This document shows, piece by piece, positions 1 to 6,809 of a stretch of 12,526 bases of DNA. The first letter of the stretch is position 1. Each line of letters starts with the position of its first letter. This stretch comes from Myxococcota bacterium. Its GTDB lineage: Bacteria; Myxococcota; JACRCW01. The notes beneath the pieces were generated by a model. The model searched no databases. It was not told where the DNA came from and was given only the letters and a program-made list of their open reading frames with translations. A program made the translations under genes and the position numbers. Location of the stretch: contig JBFMGU010000296.1 in the NCBI GenBank assembly GCA_040752415.1, forward strand, positions 1 to 12,526, read 5' to 3'.

Positions 1-1882
1 CGGGAGTGGCGTCGTCCTCGGGAGCGCGGGCGCGGGCCACCGGACGAGGATCCCAGCCCTCCGTCGGCGTGAAGGGGATGGGGACGTCCGGCACCGTCGT
101 GGGAACCACCTCACCCTGCGCCAGGAACACCTCCCACGGCGGAATCAGCAGCGCCGCGGAGAGGGACACCAGCGCAATGATCAGCCACGGTCCGCCCAAC
201 GTGGCGCCGGCCACCACCGTCGGAATCCACACCTGGCGATGCACCGCGTCCAGCGCGCCGCCCAGCGCCGTGAACACGAGGTGCACGCCGAGGGGCACGC
301 CCGCGAGCAGCGCGAGTCCCAGCGCGCCGGTGGCCCCGCCCAGGATCAGTCCCGACCAGCCAAGCACGTGCAACAACGTCGTCATCTGGCCGCCGTCGCC
401 CTGGAAGCTCAGCACGCGCACGCCGCCCAGGGGCGCATCCCAGCTGTCGGTGAGCACGTTGCCCAGCTCGTCTTCCGCCTGGATCACGTGTTGACCGGGC
501 CGCAGCACGAACCAGCCGCGGAGGTTGCCGTGCTCCCGCCCGTCGACGAAGACGCGGTTGATGTGACGACGGTCCACGCGGAACAACGCGCCGGGCGCCG
601 GCAGGCTCACCTCGCCTACGTCGATGGTCTTGCGGTCCTGGAACACCAGCTCCCGACGCACGCGCGCCCCACCGGGGTAACGCAGGCTCACCACGTGCTT
701 CCCCGGCGTCACCGCGTGCTTCTCCAGCGGCGCCACGCCCACCAGGACGCCGTCGATCCACACTTCGCCGCCGGAGGGATGGGTGCGCACCTTCAGGTAG
801 CCCTCCAGGCGACGCAGCTTCACCTCGAGGGTGTGCTCGTCCCCGGCGCGCACCTCGACGGTGCGACTGTCCGGATCATGTCCCTCCCGCGTCAGCTTCA
901 CGGTGTGCGTGCCCGGCTCCATGCAGTCCAGGCTGGCGGGGGTGGGACCCAGGTCGCGGCCGTCGACGTTGATGGTGGCTCCGGGCGGCGTGGTGACGAC
1001 GGTGAGCGTTCCCACCGGCTGCGTGGTGCCGAGCGTGAGGTCCTGCACCGGCTCAAGGGAGAACGTGTCCGGACGCAGCACGCCGCAGGGCTTGTCGCCG
1101 CGCGCCAGCGAGAGGCGGAGGATGTCGCCGTGGGTGTAGGTCAGCGTCGTGGGGAGGTCCGTGGGCGGGAGCTTCTCTCCGCTCACCACCATGCCCGGCG
1201 CGCCGCCGAGGTGGATCTCCCGCTGGGGCAGGCGGCTGCGGTGGCGCATCAGGAAGTCGCGCACGTCCTCGACGCGCAGCGCGCGCGTACCGCGATCCGG
1301 CGACTGCATGATGCCCACCACCTGACCGCGCAGGTTGAACACCGGGCCGCCCACGTTGGCGGCGTTGAACGGAATCAGCGTGGGGATGGGGTCCTGCAGG
1401 CGGGGCAGGTCGGGCTGCAGCGGGGTGACCACGCCGACGCCACCCAGCGAGAGTGTGAATCCCATGCCCGCGCCGTGGTCGATGGCGAAGACGCGGTCGT
1501 TGAGCTTGAGGTCGGCGGTGTGGCCCAGCGGCGCGGGCTTGAAGTCCTTCCCGTCGAGCTTCAGCACCGCGAACCAGTCATCCTTCACCACCAGCGTGGC
1601 CACCGTGGTGTGCGGCGGCGCCGAGGGACCGTTGTACAGGCGCGCATCCAGCGTGCGGCTCTTGCCCACCGTCTTGGCGCTGGTGATGACCAGGCCATCC
1701 GTGCTGACGACGACGCCACTGCCCCGCGTGGTGTCCCCCACCAGCTGCACCACGCTCTCCACGCGCAGGTCCAGCAGCTGCTGCTCGGTGCGGGTGGCGG
1801 GTGGTGGCGGGGCGGGCGGCGCGGCCTGCGCCACGACGTGCCAGAGGGAAAGCGTCAGCAGTGCCGCCGGGAGGGACCGCAT
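1..1882 (-). CDS. Secreted/membrane protein: signal peptide + HtrA/trypsin-like (S1C) domain, apparently catalytically inactive + 2-3 PEGA domains + C-terminal TM segments; 3' end runs off the window
   Basis: Not in the ORF track because there is no stop in the window. Translated by hand from ATG at 1882: 627 open codons, mostly ending in G/C. N-terminus MRSLPAALLTLSLWHVVAQA. Trypsin-like motifs GSGVVVSTDGLVITSAKTV, WFAVLKL and NAANVGGPVFNLRGQVVGI. PEGA-like units GTLTVVTTPPGATINVDGRDLGPTP...PGTHTVKLTREG (~815-1012) and GYLKVRTHPSGGEVWIDGVLVGVAP...PGKHVVSL (~602-802), plus a degenerate third unit (RVFVDG...PGQHVI). Hydrophobic stretches at ~265-365 and ~135-232. Confidence 0.9.
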   Translation of the reverse strand, partial: MRSLPAALLTLSLWHVVAQAAPPAPPPPATRTEQQLLDLRVESVVQLVGDTTRGSGVVVSTDGLVITSAKTVGKSRTLDARLYNGPSAPPHTTVATLVVKDDWFAVLKLDGKDFKPAPLGHTADLKLNDRVFAIDHGAGMGFTLSLGGVGVVTPLQPDLPRLQDPIPTLIPFNAANVGGPVFNLRGQVVGIMQSPDRGTRALRVEDVRDFLMRHRSRLPQREIHLGGAPGMVVSGEKLPPTDLPTTLTYTHGDILRLSLARGDKPCGVLRPDTFSLEPVQDLTLGTTQPVGTLTVVTTPPGATINVDGRDLGPTPASLDCMEPGTHTVKLTREGHDPDSRTVEVRAGDEHTLEVKLRRLEGYLKVRTHPSGGEVWIDGVLVGVAPLEKHAVTPGKHVVSLRYPGGARVRRELVFQDRKTIDVGEVSLPAPGALFRVDRRHINRVFVDGREHGNLRGWFVLRPGQHVIQAEDELGNVLTDSWDAPLGGVRVLSFQGDGGQMTTLLHVLGWSGLILGGATGALGLALLAGVPLGVHLVFTALGGALDAVHRQVWIPTVVAGATLGGPWLIIALVSLSAALLIPPWEVFLAQGEVVPTTVPDVPIPFTPTEGWDPRPVARARAPEDDATP

Positions 1883-1974
1883 GGGACGGGTTGCATAGCA
1901 CGGGACGCGGCGGGGTGAGGCACGGGGAGAAGCCCGACGCGCGCGGACGCGAGGCGGCACATCCGACCGGAGAT

Positions 1975-2014
1975 GCGGCACCCGCCCGTCGTGCTGCTGG
2001 CGAGCGGGCGCCGC
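1975..2014 (-). terminator. GC-rich hairpin just downstream of the lipoprotein stop (possible terminator or mRNA-stabilising stem)
   Basis: On the minus strand GCGGCGCCCGCTCG pairs with CGGGCGGGTGCCGC: 14-bp stem with 2 G-U pairs and a 12-nt loop, 7 nt after the stop at 2022. No U-tract follows. Confidence 0.5.
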
Positions 2015-2021
2015 GGTGGCG

Positions 2022-2729
2022 TCAGCGACCGGTCACGCTGATGGAGCCGGACATGGTGTTGAGCGTCAGCTCCACGCTCCCACCGCCGTTGAGATTGCCC
2101 GTGGCCGACCCCGCGACGTTGGCGCCGTCGAAGTTGAGGTTGCTGGAGATGCTCACGGAGCCGCCGCCCGACGTGGCGGAGGCCGTCAGCGTACCCGCGG
2201 TGGCCGCCGGGACGGTGACCGAGATGTTCCCTGCATTGGTGTTGAGCTGCAGCGAACCATCCGTACCCGGATCCATGTCGACGGTGCAGTTGCCGTCCTG
2301 GGTGTTGGCCTTCCCGCTGCCCTTCATCCCCGTCAGGTTGAGGGTGCCGCCGCCGGTGTTCACGTCGAACGACAGGTTCTCCGGCGTGGTCACTTCCACG
2401 TCGACACGCACGTCCCCGCCGGAGGTGTTGTTGACCTGGACGATCATGGTGTCACCATCCACGTACACCTCGATGTTGCCGGCCTCAGGATCCGAGCTGT
2501 GCAGCGTGGGCCGCATGTCCACCTGCGTGGCCCCGGCCTGGCCCCGCACCACCACGTTGCCAAAGTCATTGTTCAGCACCAGCTTGGCCGCCGACTCCAC
2601 CGGCACGGACTGCTCCTCGTCGAGAGGCTTGCCGGTCTTGCTGCTGGTGGTTTCCGGATCCGCGGTCTCTCCACACGCAACGCCAAAAGCCACCACCACA
2701 CCCGCGAGCATCATCCAGGACTTCTGCAT
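2022..2729 (-). CDS. DUF4097-family beta-strand-repeat lipoprotein (235 aa)
   Basis: ATG at 2729 with GGAG upstream, so the track start at 2915 is too long. Signal peptide with lipobox-like VVAFGVAC (C19). Repeats such as NDFGNVVV, NTGGGTLNL, NTQDGNCTV, NTNAGNISV and NTMSGSISV, and VDVEVTTP, are typical of DUF4097/YvlB-like proteins. Confidence 0.85.
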   Translation of the reverse strand: MQKSWMMLAGVVVAFGVACGETADPETTSSKTGKPLDEEQSVPVESAAKLVLNNDFGNVVVRGQAGATQVDMRPTLHSSDPEAGNIEVYVDGDTMIVQVNNTSGGDVRVDVEVTTPENLSFDVNTGGGTLNLTGMKGSGKANTQDGNCTVDMDPGTDGSLQLNTNAGNISVTVPAATAGTLTASATSGGGSVSISSNLNFDGANVAGSATGNLNGGGSVELTLNTMSGSISVTGR

Positions 2730-2781
2730 TCGATTCTCCAGTTGGTTCACAAGGGCCGGGTCATCCGGCGTCGGCGTCAAG

Positions 2782-2797
2782 AGCAGCCTGCGTGCCA
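2782..2797 (-). promoter_or_regulatory. Sigma-54 (RpoN) -24/-12 promoter for the lipoprotein gene
   Basis: Minus strand reads TGGCACG-CAGG-CTGCT versus consensus TGGCACG-N4-TTGCW. GG-N10-GC spacing is exact, about 50 nt upstream of the ATG. Confidence 0.75.
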
Positions 2798-3044
2798 TGG
2801 TCCCGCGCAACGCGGTTCGCCACGCGCGCACTCGGGTTTTTCCGAGAAGGACGCGCAAACGGGTGCGCGGTCCAGGTCCTTGGCCAAGGTGGAAAACCGG
2901 CCGACGCACGTGCACAGCGTGACCGGTGGTTCACGCGAACCTCAAGCAAGGCGACAGGGCGGCGCAAAAAGTGCCTCGGAGCCGGCGTGGGAGAGGTCTG
3001 GACGGACGGGCGTGGTAGAAGCCCGGGCCCTGGAAGGAGAGACC

Positions 3045-4184
3045 ATGGACCTGACGCTTCCCGAGGACATTGCCCTGCTCAAGGACACCGTGCGCGCGTT
3101 TGCCCGCGACAAGGTGGCCCCCACCGCCGCGTTGCGCGACCGCACCGGCGCCTTCCCTTTCGAGGAGGTGAAGCAGGCCGCGGCGTTGGGGTTGTGCGGC
3201 ATCAAGGTGGACGAGAAATACGGCGGCACCGGCGCCAGCATGCTGGCCTACGTCACCGTCATGGAGGAGATCGCCGCGGCGTGCGCATCGACGGCGGTGA
3301 CCCTGGCGGTGATCAACCTGGCGGCGGATTGCGTGGCCACCTTCGGTACCGACGAGCAGAAGCGCCGGTTCCTGGTCCCGTTGTGTCGGGGTGACCTCAA
3401 GGCCGCGGCGTTCTGTCTCTCCGAGCCGCACTGCGGTTCCGACGCCGCCGCGCTCCGCACCTTCGCGCGCAAGGAAGGCAGCGAGTACGTGCTCAATGGC
3501 ACCAAGCAGTGGATCACCAACGGCGCGCACTCCGGGTTCCTCGTCGTGTTCGCGCGCACCATGGAGGGGAACGGTGCCAAGGGCATCAGCGCGTTCATTG
3601 TTCCCGAGGGCACCAAGGGCCTGAAGGTGGGCAAGGAGGAGCACAAGATGGGCCTGCGCTCCTCCAACACCGTGCAGATCCTCCTCGAGGATTGTCGGAT
3701 TCCCGAGGAGCTGATGCTGGGTGGCGAAGGCCGTGGCTTCGAGGTGGCGATGAATGGCCTGGACGGTGGACGGCTGGGGATTGCGGGTCAGGCGTTGGGG
3801 TTGGGGCGTGCCGCGCTCGAGGAGGGCGTGAAGTACGCGAAGGAGCGCATCGCCTTTGGGAAGCCCATTGCCGAACAGCAGGCCATCCAGGAATACATCG
3901 CCGACAGCGCCATGGAGCTCGACGCCGCGCGACTGCTCATCTGGCGCGGCGCGTGGCTCAAGGACAACAACAAGAAGCTCAGCGCGCAGGCGTCCATGGC
4001 CAAGGTGTTCGCCACCGAGGCGGCCGGGCGCGTGGCCGACCGCATGCTGCAGGTTCACGGGGGGTACGGCTACGTCGAGGACTTTGCGATTGAGCGCATC
4101 TACCGCGACGTGCGCGTCACCCGGATCTACGAGGGCACCAGTGAGGTGCAGCGGATGGTGATTGGGCGCGCGGTGACGGCGTAG
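3045..4184 (+). CDS. Acyl-CoA dehydrogenase, short/branched-chain (butyryl-CoA dehydrogenase-like) type, 379 aa
   Basis: AAGGAG RBS before ATG 3045; the track's 722-aa ORF is over-extended. Motifs FCLSEPHCGSDA, LNGTKQWITNG, KMGLRSS, RIAFGKPI, QVHGGYGY and RIYEGTSEVQR (catalytic Glu at the SCAD/MCAD position). Confidence 0.96.
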   Translation: MDLTLPEDIALLKDTVRAFARDKVAPTAALRDRTGAFPFEEVKQAAALGLCGIKVDEKYGGTGASMLAYVTVMEEIAAACASTAVTLAVINLAADCVATFGTDEQKRRFLVPLCRGDLKAAAFCLSEPHCGSDAAALRTFARKEGSEYVLNGTKQWITNGAHSGFLVVFARTMEGNGAKGISAFIVPEGTKGLKVGKEEHKMGLRSSNTVQILLEDCRIPEELMLGGEGRGFEVAMNGLDGGRLGIAGQALGLGRAALEEGVKYAKERIAFGKPIAEQQAIQEYIADSAMELDAARLLIWRGAWLKDNNKKLSAQASMAKVFATEAAGRVADRMLQVHGGYGYVEDFAIERIYRDVRVTRIYEGTSEVQRMVIGRAVTA

Positions 4185-4329
4185 GCGGCGGTGATAGGGA
4201 ACAGCCCTATGAGCTTCGGTTCCCTGGTGACCGCGATGACGGGCGTTGGCTCGGGATGCCCATTCGTGCCCGTGGACTGCACCGCCTTCACCGACTGCAC
4301 CGCTTGAAGTCCACGGCACGCCAGCGCGT

Positions 4330-4360
4330 AAGCCCCGTCGAGCAGAGCTCGCAGGGGCTT
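4330..4360. terminator. Hairpin between convergent genes, possible bidirectional terminator
   Basis: AAGCCCC-gt-CGAGC-aga-GCTCG-ca-GGGGCTT followed by CTTCCGTT; weak U-rich tail. Confidence 0.45.
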
Positions 4361-4402
4361 CTTCCGTTGAGGGTTCCTTTGGGCGCGTCGACGAGGAATC
4401 CG

Positions 4403-5509
4403 CTATGCGCGGTCGGGGGGGCCCTCGTCGGGGTTCTGCATGCGGTACAGCGGGATGGTGTTCCTCTGGGTACGCAAGATGGTGGGCGGTGATGCCGGTT
4501 CCTCTCGTCGGTGCAGCTGCGCGAGCGTCCGGACGACGAGCTGCGGCGATGCGTCCAGTCCCAGCAGACGGCTCTCCACACCCCACGGCGCGCGATGCGC
4601 CTGCGAAGGTGCGCACAGCCGCAGCACCGGCGTGCCCACCGCCGCCGCCAGCTGCGAGGGAGCCGTGCGCAACGTCAGCGCGGCCGATGCCAACGACGTC
4701 ACCGCCGCCAGCTGGGACAGGTTCAGCTCACCCACCAGGCTTCGCAGCGACGGACCCACCGCGGCCCTCAACGTGTCCGCCACCTCCCGATCCGCCCCGC
4801 CACCGACGAGAAGCACCGGCATCCGCAGGTTGAAGCCCAGCAGGTGGATCACCTCCGCCAGCTCCGCCACGCGGTAACGCTGCGGCTCTCCCGCGCCGCC
4901 AGGATGCACCAACGCCCACGGTTGGCCGCTGTCGATTCCCACGCCTTCCAGCAACAACGCGCCGGAGGTGCGGGCCCTCGGAGGCAACGTGAGCGAGAGC
5001 CGCTCCGACGTGGCGCGCACGCCGACGGTGGAGATGAGGTCCAGGTGCCGGCGCACGTCGTGGCGGGCCAGGGTGGTGGGCTCCGGCTCCGGAACACCGT
5101 GGCTCAGCAGCGCGTGCAGCTCTCCCCGCGCCCACGCCAGCCGCAGCGGGATGTTGGCCAGATGCGCCAGCATCACCGACGGAACGGGATTGGCCAGCGC
5201 GTCGCTGAACACCACCGCCGCGTCAAATCGTCTTCGCCACAGGTGCTCCAGCAGGCGCCAGTCATGCGTGGCGTCGGGAACGCGGTGGGGGGCGGTCCAG
5301 GCCGCGTCGTACGGCAGCACCTCGTCCACCACGCCGAGGAGCGGCGCCAGGCGACTCCCCGCCGTGGAGGTCAGCAGTGTCACCGTGCGACCCGGCAGCG
5401 CTTCCTTCAACGCGCGCAGCGCCGGTGCCGTCATCAGCACATCCCCCAACGAGCCAAGCTGGACGCAGAGCACACTCCGGGCGTGCTGCCACGCAAGGTG
5501 GGTTGTCAT
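4403..5509 (-). CDS. Glycosyltransferase family 9 (ADP-heptose:LPS heptosyltransferase-like), 368 aa
   Basis: ATG at 5509 preceded by GGGAAG. GT9 motifs SLGDVLMTAPALRALK, VDEVL, RRFDAAVV, HPG, LVGELNLSQLAAV and LAAAVGTPV. The D/N-T/S-G-x-x-H motif is degenerate (see findings). Confidence 0.9.
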   Translation of the reverse strand: MTTHLAWQHARSVLCVQLGSLGDVLMTAPALRALKEALPGRTVTLLTSTAGSRLAPLLGVVDEVLPYDAAWTAPHRVPDATHDWRLLEHLWRRRFDAAVVFSDALANPVPSVMLAHLANIPLRLAWARGELHALLSHGVPEPEPTTLARHDVRRHLDLISTVGVRATSERLSLTLPPRARTSGALLLEGVGIDSGQPWALVHPGGAGEPQRYRVAELAEVIHLLGFNLRMPVLLVGGGADREVADTLRAAVGPSLRSLVGELNLSQLAAVTSLASAALTLRTAPSQLAAAVGTPVLRLCAPSQAHRAPWGVESRLLGLDASPQLVVRTLAQLHRREEPASPPTILRTQRNTIPLYRMQNPDEGPPDRA

Positions 5510-5605
5510 GCACTTCCCTGAACGTGATGGCCAACGTGCAACGGTTCCGACGAGCCCGGCAGGCACGCGGACCGCGGTGTGCCGTAACGTTGGTCTGGAC
5601 GTCAG

Positions 5606-5634
5606 GTGATAACCACCTCTAACCGGAGCGGCAA
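5606..5634 (-). promoter_or_regulatory. Candidate sigma-70-type promoter for the GT9 gene
   Basis: Minus strand TTGCCG-N17-TATCAC about 100 nt upstream of ATG 5509. Confidence 0.35.
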
Positions 5635-5660
5635 GATGCTTCCCGACGACACGGAAGCCG

Positions 5661-6560
5661 TCAGTCGTGCAACGCGGAGCGCACGGAGGCCACGAGGATG
5701 TTCTCCAGCGCGCGCTGCGCCTTCTCGTCGCCTTCCTCCACCTCACGCGTGGCCTGGTCGAACCACAACACCGGCTCGTGCAGCAGGGTTCCCAGTTTCA
5801 GCTTCTGCCCCATGTCCGACATCGCCGCCGCCGTGATGTGCGTGGGAAGTCTGGAGCACAGATCCACGATCAGCGGGAACACCCCCAGGCGCGCCAGCTC
5901 GCCGAGGAGCTCGCGGAACTCCGTGGGCGTCATGGGAATGCTGACGCCGGGAGGTGTGGCGCGCGCCAGCGCCTGGAGCACGGTGGCGGCGGTGAAGAAG
6001 TCACCCTTGTCGCGCGCGGCCACGTATTCGGGAGGCAGCGGCGCGGGCACCGGTCCACGTCGCGTCTCCGCCGTGAACTCAATGGAGACGCTGTCCGGGT
6101 CCGTGTACTTGGACTGCGGCAGCTCCAGGGACGCCATGTCCACGTCGGACCCCGCGGACTGCGGCGCCACCGCCACGTCCGCCACCGGCGTTTGACCCAC
6201 CACATCCGCGCTCACCACATCCGCGGTCACCACCTCCGCGCTCACTTCCTGCGCGGCCGGTGACGACGGAGCCGAAGCGGCGGACGTTGGCACAGGCGCG
6301 GGCGGTGGCGCGGCGGAACCCGGTGCGGACGGCGGCGCCGCGGCCTTGAGCTTCTCGTAGAGCTCGCGGACCTTGACGTCGAGGAGGTTCAGGTTGGGCG
6401 TGGCGCCGATCTTCTGCAGCGTCCACGCGCGCGCACGCGGCTCCTGGAGGCTGAACTCGTAAAGGCCCTTCCACTGGTTGTGACGCCAGAAACGCATGCA
6501 CCGGTCCGTGACCATGCGATTGGTCAGGTACGACTCGGCGGGATCGCGCGTGTCAGCCAT
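5661..6560 (-). CDS. Hypothetical protein (299 aa): two predicted folded regions joined by a Pro/Ala/acidic linker
   Basis: ATG at 6560 with GGAG RBS; codons mostly end in G/C; fills the space between neighbours without overlap. No family recognised. Confidence 0.85.
   Translation of the reverse strand: MADTRDPAESYLTNRMVTDRCMRFWRHNQWKGLYEFSLQEPRARAWTLQKIGATPNLNLLDVKVRELYEKLKAAAPPSAPGSAAPPPAPVPTSAASAPSSPAAQEVSAEVVTADVVSADVVGQTPVADVAVAPQSAGSDVDMASLELPQSKYTDPDSVSIEFTAETRRGPVPAPLPPEYVAARDKGDFFTAATVLQALARATPPGVSIPMTPTEFRELLGELARLGVFPLIVDLCSRLPTHITAAAMSDMGQKLKLGTLLHEPVLWFDQATREVEEGDEKAQRALENILVASVRSALHD
6198..6242. repeat. 3 x 15-nt imperfect tandem repeat inside the CDS (encodes SAEVV/TADVV/SADVV)
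   Basis: caccacatccgcgct / caccacatccgcggt / caccacctccgcgct on the + strand. Confidence 0.75.
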
Positions 6561-6601
6561 CCGTCTCCACCCGCGCTCCAGGCGCGCGCCACGACGGAAC
6601 G

Positions 6602-6610
6602 CTTATAGCA
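6602..6610 (-). promoter_or_regulatory. Extended -10-like element upstream of the hypothetical gene
   Basis: Minus strand TGCTATAAG (TGn-TATAAT-like) about 40 nt upstream of ATG 6560; AT-rich patch in GC-rich DNA. Confidence 0.45.
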
Positions 6611-6809
6611 GAGGACCCATCCCCGCTCCCGAAAATGGCCGCGTGGATGGGGCCCCAGACCCGCGACAACCGGGTGATGCGACACCTCAGGCGGCGGCCG
6701 CCAGGGCGGAAACACGCTCGACCACCTGGCGCAGTGGTGTCGCTGCCGTGACCGTGGGCCCGCACGGATTCGCGTGAATGGCCGCTGGGGCCGGCGTAGG
6801 CTCCCACGC

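Noticed and set aside
239..1918. 559-aa plus-strand ORF, and ORFs 6..494, 831..1139 and 1335..1898
   Set aside because: Antisense shadows of the minus-strand trypsin-PEGA gene; His/Arg/Gln-rich translation with no motifs, typical of high-GC DNA.
2016..3044. Apparent 343-aa N-terminal extension on the acyl-CoA dehydrogenase (722-aa ORF)
   Set aside because: It is the antisense of the lipoprotein gene plus intergenic DNA. A strong RBS and the normal family length place the start at 3045.
4188..4401. Retron msr-msd, CRISPR mini-array or tRNA as identity of the structured region
   Set aside because: No reverse transcriptase or cas gene nearby, no repeat-spacer periodicity, and no cloverleaf or T-loop motif recognised.
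4256..4492. 78-aa ORF with LHRLHRLHR
   Set aside because: No clear SD, weak G/C bias at third positions and a 90-nt overlap with the GT9 gene. Kept only as an alternative explanation for the 9-nt repeat.
5510..5746. N-terminal extension of GT9 to 447 aa; also an ECF-like GGAAC...CGTT motif upstream of 5509
   Set aside because: The extension overlaps the upstream gene and has no GT9 similarity. The ECF-like motif has a 19-nt spacer and sits too close to the RBS.
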